From contig CAVPSJ010000004.1 in NCBI GenBank assembly GCA_963708295.1, positions 800,001 through 864,000 on the forward strand: a stretch of DNA of 64,000 bases, given 5' to 3'. The position numbers and the translations under genes were made by a program. Under the pieces are notes generated by a model. That model saw only the letters and a program-made list of their open reading frames with translations, ran no database searches and was not told where the DNA came from. This document shows, piece after piece, positions 10,375-20,884 of this stretch. Within the stretch, counting starts at the first letter, position 1, and every line of letters starts with the position of its first letter. The stretch is from an uncultured delta proteobacterium (lineage in GTDB: Bacteria > Desulfobacterota > BSN033 > UBA1163).

Positions 10375-10512
10375 ATGAAAATGGATAACTGGACGTTTGG
10401 AATCACGATGATCATTGTCGGAATGGGGGGCACGCTACTGACCCTTTGGATCTTGAGCCTCCTCATGAGTCTCATGAAGAAGATTTTCCCTTATGCAAAA
10501 GAAGAAAACTAA
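10375..10512 (+). CDS. oadG: Na+-translocating decarboxylase gamma/delta subunit (OadG family), 45 aa
   Basis: Hand translation MKMDNWTFGITMIIVGMGGTLLTLWILSLLMSLMKKIFPYAKEEN; GGAGG SD; directly precedes the beta subunit; missed by the ORF track. Confidence 0.82.
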   Translation: MKMDNWTFGITMIIVGMGGTLLTLWILSLLMSLMKKIFPYAKEEN

Positions 10513-10540
10513 AATTGGCTTTGTAAAGGAGGAATAAAAG

Positions 10541-11683
10541 ATGTCAGAGGCTATTTTAAACGGATTAAATGGGCTCGTTGCCGGATTTCAAAGTATGCAC
10601 TGGTCAAATCCGATCATGATCGTGGTGGGTATCATTCTCCTCTACCTGGGCATCAAAAAAGATATTGAGCCCGTGCTCCTTGTTCCCATTGGATTCGGAT
10701 GCATCCTGGTCAATATCCCCTTAGCGGGACTGATGGATAAGGATGGGTTTCTTCGAGATTATCTATGAGGCAGGTATTACGACAGAATTATTTCCGCTTC
10801 TCATCTTTGTCGGGATTGGAGCCATGACCGATTTTGGGCCTCTCCTGGAGAATCCAAAGATCTTCCTTCTCGGTGCTGCAGGACAGTTTGGAATTTTCTT
10901 AACCTTGGCCTTGGCCCTGGCTTTGGGTTTCACAAAATTAGAAGCGGTTTCCATCGGGATCATCGGCGCCTGTGATGGACCGACAGCCATTTATGTGACG
11001 TCTCAATATGCCCCGGCATCTTCTGGGAGCCGTCTCGGTGGCTGCCTATTGCTATATGTCTCTCGTTCCTATCATCCAGCCCCCGATCATGAGGGCGTTG
11101 ACGACCAAAGAAGAGAGAACGATCAATATGGGCACCGTGAAAAAATCCGTCTTCAAAGACGACGAGGCTCCTCTTCCCATTGGTCGTGACCATCTTCGGG
11201 GGACTCATCGCGCCCAAAGGCTTGCCTCTTTTGGGAACGATCATGCTGGGAAATTTTATGAAGGAAAGCGGCGTCGTGAGCCGACTCACCAAGGCATCTG
11301 AAAACGAGATCGCCAATATTGTTACCCTTCTCTTAGGGATTTCGATCGGGGCCACCATGGATGGTAAGGTCTTTTTGACATCCCAAACTCTCATCATCTT
11401 GGTCTTGGGATTTGTGGCTATCTGCCTCGATACCGCCTGTGGAGTCCTTTTTGGAAAACTAATGAAAGTTCTCACAGGCGGGAAGATTAATCCTCTCATC
11501 GGAGCGGCAGGGATTTCAGCCTATCCCATGTCAGCGAGGGTGGTCCAGAAAGAGGGACAGAAATACGATAAGAAGAATTTTCTCCTCATGCATGCCATGG
11601 GAGCCAACACGGGTGGTCAGGTCGGGTCTGTGCTGGCTGCAGCCGTCATGCTTTCTGTGCTGAAGGGAATGGGGGTTATTTAA
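10541..11683 (+). CDS. oadB: Na+-translocating decarboxylase beta subunit (OadB/GcdB/MmdB), about 3 frameshifts
   Basis: EPVLLVPIGFG, FPLLIFVGIGAMTDFGP, IGACDGPT, YMSLVPIIQPP, INPLIGAAGISAYPMSARV. Confidence 0.92.
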
Positions 11684-11737
11684 ATTGCATGCGAATTTGA
11701 AATAGGGAATGATATTATCCGCAGAAGAGACCTCTAA

Positions 11738-11774
11738 AAAATAGCCCCAGGTTGATAAAGCCTGGGGCTATTTT
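11738..11774 (+). terminator. Intrinsic (bidirectional) terminator
   Basis: AAAATAGCCCCAGG / CCTGGGGCTATTTT perfect 14-bp stem. Confidence 0.8.
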
Positions 11775-11879
11775 GTACTTGACAATGAAATTATTTGTGT
11801 CTATATACATTCGCATTGAAACGTTGGCGGTCAAAGCAATTATCGCGAAGTAACTGAGGAAGAGAGAGGAGAACGAGCA

Positions 11880-12689
11880 ATGAACTTCATTACCATTTCC
11901 GAAATGCTTGGAACGAATGGTGAAGCAATTGCCAAAGAGGTTGCCAAGATAATGGATTATCCCTTTTATGGCAAAGAGGAGCTATTTAAAGCTGCAGACG
12001 AGATGGGCTTGCTTCATGATATTGAAAAAGTGGAGATGAAAAGCCCGTCATTACTTGAGAAGATTTTCAGCGATCAGCCAAAAATCTATCTCGACCGATT
12101 TCAGTCTGTTATTTACGAGGTGGCCAAGAAAGGCAATGCCGTTTTCTTTGGAAAGGGAAGCACCATTCTTCTCCGCTCTTTTAATTGTGCACTTCACGTT
12201 CTGGTCATAGGGTCTATGGAGAAACGAATCCAGAGAGTTATGGAGACGAATCACGTTGGAAAAGAAGTGGCTGAAAAGATGGTTCAAACCTCTGATCATG
12301 AGAAAAGAGGTTTCATAAGGTATGCCTTTGATGAAGACTGGCCCAACCCCCTGCTTTACGTTTTGACTTTAAATACAGACGCACTGACCATTGCTACTGC
12401 TGTTAAGATTATCGTCGATGCTGCCAAAGCTGAGGAAGTTAAAGCCTGCGGCGTGGATGCTATTAACTTGCTTGGAAAATTTTCTCTTCAACGCCGAATT
12501 GAATCTGCGCTCCTTGAAGCAGGATTTATGAATCCCCATCTTTTTTTCGAACTAGAGGATACAGATTCGGTCCGGCTCTTTGGTTCTGTGGGTTCCTCGG
12601 CAGAGAAAAAAGAAATTATGGAAATTTTGAAAGGGATAAAAGAAATAAAGAAGATTAAAGATGATTTAACAGTATTGACAATGCGATAG
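11880..12689 (+). CDS. Cytidylate kinase-like family protein with C-terminal BON-like domain
   Basis: ITISEMLGTNG, GNAVFFGKG, RIQRV..D.EKRGF; C-terminal VRLFG.V.S..EK...IKKIKDDL. Confidence 0.72.
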   Translation: MNFITISEMLGTNGEAIAKEVAKIMDYPFYGKEELFKAADEMGLLHDIEKVEMKSPSLLEKIFSDQPKIYLDRFQSVIYEVAKKGNAVFFGKGSTILLRSFNCALHVLVIGSMEKRIQRVMETNHVGKEVAEKMVQTSDHEKRGFIRYAFDEDWPNPLLYVLTLNTDALTIATAVKIIVDAAKAEEVKACGVDAINLLGKFSLQRRIESALLEAGFMNPHLFFELEDTDSVRLFGSVGSSAEKKEIMEILKGIKEIKKIKDDLTVLTMR

Positions 12690-12982
12690 TCGGGCGGGCT
12701 CAACTCCTCTGATGCCATTCCCATTTTTAAAGGTTGCCCATCTGGAACAGCCAAAATTTCAGCCAATCCCAAGTCATCGAAAGTAATCCAAGAGGGGTCC
12801 AGTAATATAACCCCCAAAATTGTCTCTTTGCGGATGCCATGGGAGCCCCTGGGCTCCTTTAAACCCAAGCCCCTTTTTTTACTTGAAATTTGATTTTGTA
12901 TAGGATATAAGACATTTGGTTTTATAGTATCCTCTTGACCAATCCAATACAACAACAGAAAAATCCATAGGCGGGGAAACGA

Positions 12983-13946
12983 ATGCAGTTTGACCTGAGT
13001 TTTGTATATGTCATTGTGCAGGTCATCTTTTTGGAAGGCATCCTCTCCATCGACAATGCTGCCGTCTTGGGGGCAATGGTCTCCGTTCTTCCGAAAGATA
13101 AAATGGTCCCTTGGCCGGGACCCCTTAAATTCCTTGGACCTCCGGTCCACCGCCTCCTTGGCGGCGAACGCCCGGCCGCCCTTAAAGTCGGCCTCCTGGG
13201 TGCCTATCTTGGCCGTGGTCTCATGCTTGTGATTGCCAACTTTGTCATCCACAACCCCTACCTTAAGATCCTGGGTGCGGCCTACCTCATTAAACTGGCT
13301 TTTGAGAACCTTGGAGAACCAGAACCTGGAGAGGAGAGTCAGACGAAGGCCAGGAGTTTGGAGGGCAAGGGTTTCTGGGGTGTCGTTTTAGCCGTGGAGT
13401 TAGCTGATCTTGCCTTTTCTCTCGACAATGTGGTAGCTGTGGTCGCCCTGTCAGACAACCTTTATATTGTGATGTTTGGTGTGGCGATCGGCATTATCAC
13501 CATGCGCTTTGCGGCAGGGCATATTCACGCTGATGATTATGAAGGAGCCCATCCTCAAGCCGGCTGCGTATATCGTTGTGTTTAATATTGGCACAGAATT
13601 GTTGTTAGATGAGTTTGCTCACATTCAGTTTGGGAGTGCCTTGAAGTTCATGATTTCTGCTGGTACATTGATCCTGGCTGTGGTTTATGCCCACATCAAA
13701 CCGCTGCATGTGATTCAACCTCTCTTCACTTGGTTCGGCCAGGGGATGGACAACGTTAATGAGCTTCTGGATTGGGTGTTAAAGCCAGTATGGCTGGTCT
13801 TCAAGATCTTCTTCAAGATCATTGGCCTTATTCTCCGTCCCATCATTGCTCTCTTCCCTCATGAATCAGAAATTGTATCACACGAAGACCAAGTGGCTTT
13901 CGGTAGCGATTGTGATAAGGAAAAAGAGGCAGGAGGCAAACAATAG
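12983..13946 (+). CDS. TerC family membrane protein (1 frameshift near 13520)
   Basis: LEGILSIDNAAVL and ELADLAFSLDNVVA motifs. Confidence 0.88.
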
Positions 13947-13983
13947 TTCACCCGTCAAATATTTGCTTGAGTAATCTTTGAAT

Positions 13984-14017
13984 AAGCCCTCTCGATTCTT
14001 TCTGGAGAGGGTTTTTT
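13984..14017 (+). terminator. Intrinsic terminator after terC
   Basis: GCCCTCTC...GAGAGGGT stem plus T tract. Confidence 0.7.
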
Positions 14018-14071
14018 ATTCTCTTGTGAAAATCTCCTTGATTTTTTAAGATAGTAGTTGATACTTCAATT

Positions 14072-14113
14072 CCAAATTTCAAAATTCAAATGTCAAATGA
14101 ATATTAAATATCA
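14072..14113 (+). repeat. Degenerate heptamer tandem repeat (TCAAATG-like)
   Basis: ccaaatt tcaaaat tcaaatg tcaaatg ... ttaaata. Confidence 0.6.
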
Positions 14114-14160
14114 GGACCGTTAGCCTTCGACATTTCAGGAATAACGGTTGGGAGGGGGGT

Positions 14161-14664
14161 ATGAAGAAAAAGCCTTTGGTTGGAATTCTGATGGGAAGCG
14201 AGAGTGATCTGCCAGTCATGGAAAAGGCAGAAGAAGTCTTAAAGGAGATGGGCGTCCCTTACGAGATGGAGATTAGCTCAGCCCATCGCCTGCCTGAGAA
14301 GACCGCCCGGTATGCGAAGACAGCAAGGAAGCGAGGAGTCGAAGTATTGATTGCAGGAGCGGGGATGGCGGCTCATCTCGCGGGGGCTTTAGCTAGCCAT
14401 ACGACTCTCCCCGTTATCGGTGTTCCCATAAAATCGGGGGCCCTCAATGGAGCGGATGCCCTTTATTCCACCGTACAGATGCCCCCGGGAGTTCCGGTCG
14501 CTACCGTAGGGATTGATGGCGCAAAGAATGCAGCTTATCTGGCCTGTGAAATCCTCTCGATCAAATATCCTGAAATGGCCAAAAAATTGGAGGATTTCAG
14601 ATCCAAGACGAGAAAATCATTGGAAGAGAAATCGAAGGCCATCAAAAAGGGAAGATCTGGATGA
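14161..14664 (+). CDS. purE: N5-carboxyaminoimidazole ribonucleotide mutase
   Basis: [38 protein letters not shown]. Confidence 0.96.
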   Translation: MKKKPLVGILMGSESDLPVMEKAEEVLKEMGVPYEMEISSAHRLPEKTARYAKTARKRGVEVLIAGAGMAAHLAGALASHTTLPVIGVPIKSGALNGADALYSTVQMPPGVPVATVGIDGAKNAAYLACEILSIKYPEMAKKLEDFRSKTRKSLEEKSKAIKKGRSG

Positions 14665-15617
14665 AGGATGCCGAGGCCATTCGTCAAGCCGCAGAGATCA
14701 TCCGGCAAGGAGGGATCGTTGCTTTTCCGACAGAGACGGTTTATGGTTTGGGAGCGGATGCCTATAATCCTCTTGCCGTGGCTCGCATCTTTGAAGTCAA
14801 GAGAAGGCCCTCCTTCGATCCCCTGATTGTCCATATCGCGGATCCAGTTCATCTAAGAAAATTGGTCAAAGAAATTCCGTCGGGTGTCAGGAGATTGACG
14901 GAGAAATTCTGGCCCGGGCCACTCACCGTTGTTCTCCTAAAGGAAGAAAACATTCCTGATATGGTGACCGCCGGTCTTCCCACGGTTGCCGTCCGGATGC
15001 CCGATCACCCCATGGCGCTCTCTCTGATCAAAGACTCCAAATGTCCCATTGCTGCACCGAGCGCCAATCTCTTTGGTTATTTGAGTCCGACCACGGCTGA
15101 GCATGTTCGGGAGCAACTGGGTGACCAAGTCGATTTCATTCTGAATGGAGGACCTTGCAGCGTTGGCGTCGAATCCACGATCGTCTCTTTTTTGAAAAAT
15201 AAGCCAAGACTATTAAGACCCGGTGGGGTTACGCTCGAAGAGATTGAATCGATCGTCGGCAAGGTTGAGATCAACTCAATCAAAGACAATCCCTCTGCCC
15301 CGGGAATGTTCCCCAGGCACTATGCTCCACGAACGCCGATCGTGCTCGATTGGGAGGAGAAGCCTCTTGATTCCTATGAAGATAAAAAGGTTGGATTTCT
15401 TGCATTCCAGGAACCCGGCCGTTTTCTGAAATTCGAGCACATTGAAGTTCTGTCGAAAAAGGGGGATTTCAAAGAAGCCGCAGCAAACCTCTTTTCTGCG
15501 ATCCGTCGATTGGATGCCCTCGATTTAGACTTGATACTGGCCGAGGCCGTTCCTGAAGCTGGATTGGGACGGGCCATCATGGACCGTCTTCGCCGTGCAA
15601 CCTCCAAAGGGGAATAA
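14661..15617 (+). CDS. tsaC: L-threonylcarbamoyladenylate synthase (Sua5 type)
   Basis: [37 protein letters not shown] Sua5 domain. Confidence 0.95.
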   Translation: MKDAEAIRQAAEIIRQGGIVAFPTETVYGLGADAYNPLAVARIFEVKRRPSFDPLIVHIADPVHLRKLVKEIPSGVRRLTEKFWPGPLTVVLLKEENIPDMVTAGLPTVAVRMPDHPMALSLIKDSKCPIAAPSANLFGYLSPTTAEHVREQLGDQVDFILNGGPCSVGVESTIVSFLKNKPRLLRPGGVTLEEIESIVGKVEINSIKDNPSAPGMFPRHYAPRTPIVLDWEEKPLDSYEDKKVGFLAFQEPGRFLKFEHIEVLSKKGDFKEAAANLFSAIRRLDALDLDLILAEAVPEAGLGRAIMDRLRRATSKGE

Positions 15618-15622
15618 AATCC

Positions 15623-16180
15623 ATGAGAAAATATATTTTTGCTCTTTTATTTGTTTTTGTCCTTTCGACTTTATACCTTCCGCGTGCCATTGGAATGCCG
15701 GCGGAGGATGTCCGGCTGGTAACGGACACCCAGTACTTTCAGGTTGCAAAGACAATGATTCAGGAAGCGAAGCATTCGATTCAGGTGATGATGTTTGAGA
15801 TGGGATATTATGATCGAAATCCTAACACCCCTTCGAATCTTCTGATCAGGGAGCTGATCAACGCCAAGAAAAGGGGGGTGAAAGTTGAAGTCCTATTGGA
15901 AGTAAGAGAAGGGGAGGATCGGACGGCAAAACGAAATCGTCACACTGGAAAGATCTTGTCAGATGGAGGGGTCGAAGTGATCTATGATTCTCTTTTCAAA
16001 ACAACCCACGCAAAATGTATGGTCGTTGACGGGAAGCTTACTCTTCTAGGCAGCACCAATTGGACGTACTCCGCATTAACCAACAACAATGAAGCTTCTG
16101 TCCTTATTCAATCAAAACAAGTAGCCAAGGCCCTCGTAGATTATTTCAATCAAGTGAAAATCACCGGCAGCAAAAAATAA
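15623..16180 (+). CDS. Exported phospholipase D/Nuc-like protein (single HKD)
   Basis: Signal peptide; HAKCMVVD...GSTNW. Confidence 0.85.
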   Translation: MRKYIFALLFVFVLSTLYLPRAIGMPAEDVRLVTDTQYFQVAKTMIQEAKHSIQVMMFEMGYYDRNPNTPSNLLIRELINAKKRGVKVEVLLEVREGEDRTAKRNRHTGKILSDGGVEVIYDSLFKTTHAKCMVVDGKLTLLGSTNWTYSALTNNNEASVLIQSKQVAKALVDYFNQVKITGSKK

Positions 16181-16191
16181 CCATCTCAAGG

Positions 16192-16292
16192 AAATGTCAA
16201 ATGCCAAAATCAAAAGTTTGGAATAGAGGTTAAGGCTGAGGTTGCTCTGAATTTTGACATTCCTTTGACATTTGTCATTTGATATTTGAAAT
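16192..16292. repeat. Inverted pair of heptamer repeat tracts with an internal GAGGTT-like hexamer tract
   Basis: aaatgtcaaatgccaaa ... tttgacatttgtcatttgatatttgaaatt. Confidence 0.6.
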
Positions 16293-16302
16293 TGATCTTC
16301 GG

Positions 16303-17073
16303 ATGATGCTCATCGATTCCCATGCCCATTTAGAGATGCCAGATTTCAAAAGGGATCTGGAACAGGTGATCCAAAGAGCGAAAGAATCCGGCGTCGGATA
16401 TATCTTTACCGTCGGAACAGAGAAAAAGGACTGGAAGAGGACCCTTGAGATTGCCGATTCGCACCCTTCGATCTATGCGATTCTGGGTGTTCATCCGCAC
16501 AACGCAAAGGAGATCGACGATCAGACCTATTCCACTTTGAGAGAACTCTGCCGAAATGGGAAAGTGAAGGCCTATGGCGAGATTGGTCTGGACTTTTTCA
16601 GAAATCTGTCGCCACGCGATATTCAGCTGAGGAGATTCAGGGAGCAGATTGGGCTAGCAAAAGAGTTAGGACTTCCCATCGTGGTACACGATCGAGAGGC
16701 TCATCAGGAAACGCTGGAGATATTGAAATCGGAGAAGGCGGAAGAGTGCGGAGGGATCATCCATTGTTTTTCAGGGGACTATGAGATGGCCAAGGCCTGC
16801 ATGGACATGGGATTCTACATCTCTATTCCCGGCAGCATCACCTTTAAGAATGCGGAGGGTTTTAGGGAGATTGTCAAGAGAATTCCTTTGGAATCGCTTC
16901 TTGTCGAGACCGATGCTCCATTTCTAACTCCCGAGCCCTTTCGAGGAAAGAGGAATGAGCCAAGTTATGTTCGGTATACAGCACAAAAGGTGGCAGAGAT
17001 CAAGAAGATTTCTTTTGAAAAGGTGGCAGAAGTAACCACTGAAAACGCCCTCCGTGTTTATAGAGTATTGTAA
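16303..17073 (+). CDS. tatD: TatD family hydrolase
   Basis: IDSHAHL, GVHPH, GEIGLDF, HDREA, IIHCFSG, VETDAPFL. Confidence 0.95.
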   Translation: MMLIDSHAHLEMPDFKRDLEQVIQRAKESGVGYIFTVGTEKKDWKRTLEIADSHPSIYAILGVHPHNAKEIDDQTYSTLRELCRNGKVKAYGEIGLDFFRNLSPRDIQLRRFREQIGLAKELGLPIVVHDREAHQETLEILKSEKAEECGGIIHCFSGDYEMAKACMDMGFYISIPGSITFKNAEGFREIVKRIPLESLLVETDAPFLTPEPFRGKRNEPSYVRYTAQKVAEIKKISFEKVAEVTTENALRVYRVL

Positions 17074-17130
17074 ATTTCGGACACGAGACACCCGACACGG
17101 TCACGATTATTTTACATTTAAGGAGCACGG

Positions 17131-17694
17131 ATGAAGCCAGCAATCATTGTCGTGGATATGTTGAAAGATAATTTCAAAGAGAGTCCTCGGAATCCATACT
17201 ATCAAGAAGGAAAAGAGATTATACCCAATCTTCAGAAGCTCTTAAAGGAGGGCCGAAAAAGAGGTTTCCCCGTCGTCTTTGCCTGCGACAGTTTTCTGGA
17301 GGGGGATTTCATTTTTAAGGGAAGGATGAAGGTTCACGCCGTTCGTGGGACCAAAGGCGCAGAGGTCATCGATGATTTAGAACCGGAACGGACAGATATC
17401 ATCTTACCCAAGAGACGATTTAGTGCCTTCTTCAAAACCGACCTGGACCAGACGCTTCGCACTCTCGGTATTGACACGATCGTCGTCACAGGGATGACGA
17501 TGGAGGTCTGTGTATTGATGACGGCCTTCGAAGGTCTCTGTCAGGATTTCTCTGTGGTCATCCTGGAGGACTGTACGGCCAGTCGCAGCAAGGAGTTGCG
17601 CAAAGGGTGTCTCAATCTCTATCGGGAAAATGTCCTCGATCCTTTGTTGAGGATTATGACCCTTGATGAGTTTCTAAAAGAGGTATCGTCATAG
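17131..17694 (+). CDS. Isochorismatase-family cysteine hydrolase
   Basis: IIVVDM, KRRFSAF..TDL, TGMTMEVCV. Confidence 0.9.
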   Translation: MKPAIIVVDMLKDNFKESPRNPYYQEGKEIIPNLQKLLKEGRKRGFPVVFACDSFLEGDFIFKGRMKVHAVRGTKGAEVIDDLEPERTDIILPKRRFSAFFKTDLDQTLRTLGIDTIVVTGMTMEVCVLMTAFEGLCQDFSVVILEDCTASRSKELRKGCLNLYRENVLDPLLRIMTLDEFLKEVSS

Positions 17695-17763
17695 GGAGCG
17701 GTCAAGTTACCTGAAGTGATGAAGAACTCGTCAGGTTGCGGAAACGGATCACGGAATTTTGAA

Positions 17764-18351
17764 ATGAACTCTTGCGAAAAAGATTTCATTGATCAGATCA
17801 GGACAATCCTTTCTTCAAGAAAAAGGAGAGTCATTGAACATCCCCCATTTTCCCATGCGGCAGTTCTGGTCCCCCTCTTTAAGAAAGGGGAGGATTGTCA
17901 TCTTCTCTTCACCAAGAGATCGGATCAGGTCAAGTATCACAAAGGCGAGATCTCTTTCCCGGGAGGGGTCGTTGACGAAGAAGATTTGGAACTGATAAAT
18001 ACCGCACTCCGGGAGGCCCATGAGGAGATTGGGCTCAAGCGGAGTGATGTTCAGATCATCGGGATATTAGATGACATCGTGACCATCACCGAGTTCATCG
18101 TTACCCCGATTGTGGGTCTCTTCCCCTATCCCTATCCTTTTAAGGTAAGCGAAGTAGAGATTGCGGAATTGATCGAAGTCCCTCTCTCGTCCTTACTCCA
18201 TGAAGAGTGTTTCAGTGAAAAGGAGATTATCCGAGGCGGTCAGAAGGAAGTCGTCTACGCCTATCAATATGGAAAACATATCATCTGGGGAGCGACTGCC
18301 CGGATCCTGAAACAGTTTTTGGATTTGATCCCGTCCACAAAAGACACTTAA
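17764..18351 (+). CDS. CoA pyrophosphatase (Nudix, NudL/PCD1-like)
   Basis: AAVLVPL, H.GEISFPGG, TALREAHEEIG, IWGATA. Confidence 0.92.
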   Translation: MNSCEKDFIDQIRTILSSRKRRVIEHPPFSHAAVLVPLFKKGEDCHLLFTKRSDQVKYHKGEISFPGGVVDEEDLELINTALREAHEEIGLKRSDVQIIGILDDIVTITEFIVTPIVGLFPYPYPFKVSEVEIAELIEVPLSSLLHEECFSEKEIIRGGQKEVVYAYQYGKHIIWGATARILKQFLDLIPSTKDT

Positions 18352-18422
18352 TATTCCCTCCCGATTCATTGTTGCCTGCTTAACCCAATACAATGCTATA
18401 ATATTCGCTGGGAGAATGTTCA

Positions 18423-18962
18423 TTGGGTAGGTTTAAAAAGTGGGCACAGCATAAATATAGTAAGAAGCAACGGATGATCGCGGTGATTTTTGGGGGTGTT
18501 ATTTTCTGGTTGGTCATCCCATTTTTGATCATCGTTGTGTCGTCTTACATTGACCAAAAGCTTGACCTTCCAAAATTCTATGATGGACCAATAAACCCTG
18601 TCATTGGTTTGCTATTCATTGTTGCAGGTTGGCTGTTTGCCAACTGGACAGTCAAAGCTCAATTTTCATTGGGGAAAGGAACTCCGATACCCTTCATGGC
18701 AACCCAAAAACTGGTGATGAAGGGACCCTATAGGCACTGCCGAAACCCAATGACCTTAGGAACAACCATCTTCTATCTCGGAGTCGCGATCTGGCTGGGG
18801 TCCTTTTCTGCGGTAGGTTTGGGTCTGGTCTATCCAGTGGGGATTTTAATATACATTAAGCTGATTGAAGAGAAGGAATTAGAGGAACGATTCGGTTCGG
18901 AATACTTGGAATATAAGAAAAGTACTCCTTTCTTGATACCCCGCTTGGGAAAAAAGGATTGA
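18423..18962 (+). CDS. Isoprenylcysteine carboxylmethyltransferase/PEMT family membrane protein
   Basis: GKGTP.P, LV..GPY..CRNPM.LG, EEKEL..RFG..Y..Y. Confidence 0.85.
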   Translation: MGRFKKWAQHKYSKKQRMIAVIFGGVIFWLVIPFLIIVVSSYIDQKLDLPKFYDGPINPVIGLLFIVAGWLFANWTVKAQFSLGKGTPIPFMATQKLVMKGPYRHCRNPMTLGTTIFYLGVAIWLGSFSAVGLGLVYPVGILIYIKLIEEKELEERFGSEYLEYKKSTPFLIPRLGKKD

Positions 18963-19445
18963 TGAAATGAGATTCCGCTGAAATTCTTAAACTCGTAGCA
19001 AGCGTTATTCTTTGTCAATTGGCAGGTTTTTTGGGTTCTCTTTTCACCACTCCAGCCATACCAACCTGGTATGCGACATTAAAGAAACCTTTCTTCACGC
19101 CTCCTCAATTGGATATTTAGTCCGGTCTGGATCAGTCTATTCATCCTCATGGGAATATCTCTTTCTTATGTCTGGCGAAGGCCAGATCATCCAGAGTTCA
19201 AGAAGGCTTTCATTTTCTTCTTTGTTCAATTGATTCTAAACGTCCTTTGGTCATTGGCTTTTTTTGGGCTCCGGTTACCTCTTCTTGGGCTCGTTGATAT
19301 CATCCTTCTCTGGATGGCCATTCTCTTGACGATTCAACATTTCTCGAAAGTTTCGAAATTTGCGGGAGCGCTCCTTCTCCCCTATCTCATTTGGGTTAGT
19401 TTTGCAGCCCTATTGAACTTTTCTCTGTGGATACTGAATCGCTAA
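18962..19445 (+). CDS. tspO: TspO/MBR tryptophan-rich sensory protein (frameshifted)
   Basis: Hand-joined [42 protein letters not shown]. Confidence 0.88.
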
Positions 19446-19450
19446 GAGAA

Positions 19451-20825
19451 ATGATCCAGAAAGAAAGAATTAAGGCACTTAATAAAAAAGAGGTAAACAA
19501 AGGAGCATACGTCCTTTACTGGATGCAGGCGTCTCAAAGGGCTGAATATAATCATGCCCTGGAATATGCCATATCAAAAGGCAACGAGCTGCACCAGCCC
19601 GTCATTGTATTCTTTGGAATGACAGACCATTTTCCTGAGGCAAACGAAAGACATTATACCTTTATGCTGGAGGGGCTCAGAGAGGTGAAGCAGTCTCTTG
19701 AAAAAAGAGGCATTCGGATGGTCATTCTACACAAATCCCCTGAAATGGGTGCCATTCAGTTGGCCAAAAGAGCCTCTCTTGCGTTATAGTGGATCGGGGT
19801 TACTTGAAATACAGAAGACAATGGAGAAATGATGTCGCCAACAAAATGAGATTGTCCTTGATTCAGGTTGAAAGCTGATGTCATCGTTCCTGTAGAAGAA
19901 ACCTCACCAAAAGAGGAATACGCAGCGGCAACGATCAGGTCGAAAATTCATAAAAAGTTAAACCATTTTCTTGTCCCTTTGAAGCAGAGCGATCCCGCTG
20001 TCGAATCCCTTTCTCTTGATTTTGATTCTTTTGATATCAATGATGTAGGCAAAGCGATTTCAAAACTTCACATTGATCGAAGTGTTCAAAAGGTAAGTTC
20101 TTTTCAGGGGGGGACGAAAGAGGCTCGAAACCACCTTGAGGTCTTTCTGGAAGGAAAGTTGGATCAGTTCCCAGAACTGAGAAATGATCCCACCCTTGAT
20201 TATCTTTCCCATATGAGTCCTTACTCTACATTTCGGACAGATCTCACCCCTGTTCATTGCTCTGAAAGCGTTAGAAACCAAAAGCCCCGGGACAGAAGCC
20301 TTTCTTGAAGAACTTATTGTCAGAAGAGAGCTGAGCATGAATTTTGTGTTTTATAATGAAAAGTACGATTCATTTGAGGCAGTTCCTGAATGGGCGAAGA
20401 AGACCTTAAGGGCTCACAAGAAAGACAAACGTCAATACACCTATACCCTTGAAGAGCTGGAGCCAGCCAAAACCCATGACCCTTACTGGAATGCCGCCCA
20501 GAAAGAGATGGTGATCAAAGGCAAGATGCACGGGTATATGAGAATGTATTGGGGAAAGAAAATCATCGAATGGAGCAAAACGCCTGAAGGAGCCTTTCGA
20601 AATGCTCTTTATCTGAACAACAAATATGAATTGGACGGCAGGGACCCCAATGGGTTTACGGGCGTGGCCTGGTGCTTTGGAAAGCATGACCGCCCCTGGG
20701 GAGAAAGGCCGATCTTTGGAAATGTCAGATATATGAATGACAAGGGGTTAAAAAGGAAATTTGATGCGGATGGATATGTGAAGATGATGGGCAAGCTTAA
20801 CGGAAAACATGAAGACAGTTTTTGA
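19451..20825 (+). CDS. phr: Class II CPD photolyase (several frameshifts)
   Basis: [59 protein letters not shown]. Confidence 0.92.
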
Positions 20826-20884
20826 AGTTGTATTATGCTGGGCAGATGAGTATATTGAAATTAATGAATTTGATCTAAGGAGGA

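Noticed and set aside
12690-12982. yybP-ykoY (Mn2+) riboswitch expected upstream of terC
   Set aside because: Conserved GGGGAGUA and ACAUAC-type motifs not found.
12488-13252. Long antisense ORFs (also 6670-7374, 30026-30781, 36627-37301, 42716-43312)
   Set aside because: They shadow well-supported genes on the opposite strand and have no motifs.
18962-18976. In-frame TGA at tspO codon 3 as selenocysteine
   Set aside because: Non-catalytic position with no Cys role in TspO; more simply a base or indel error.
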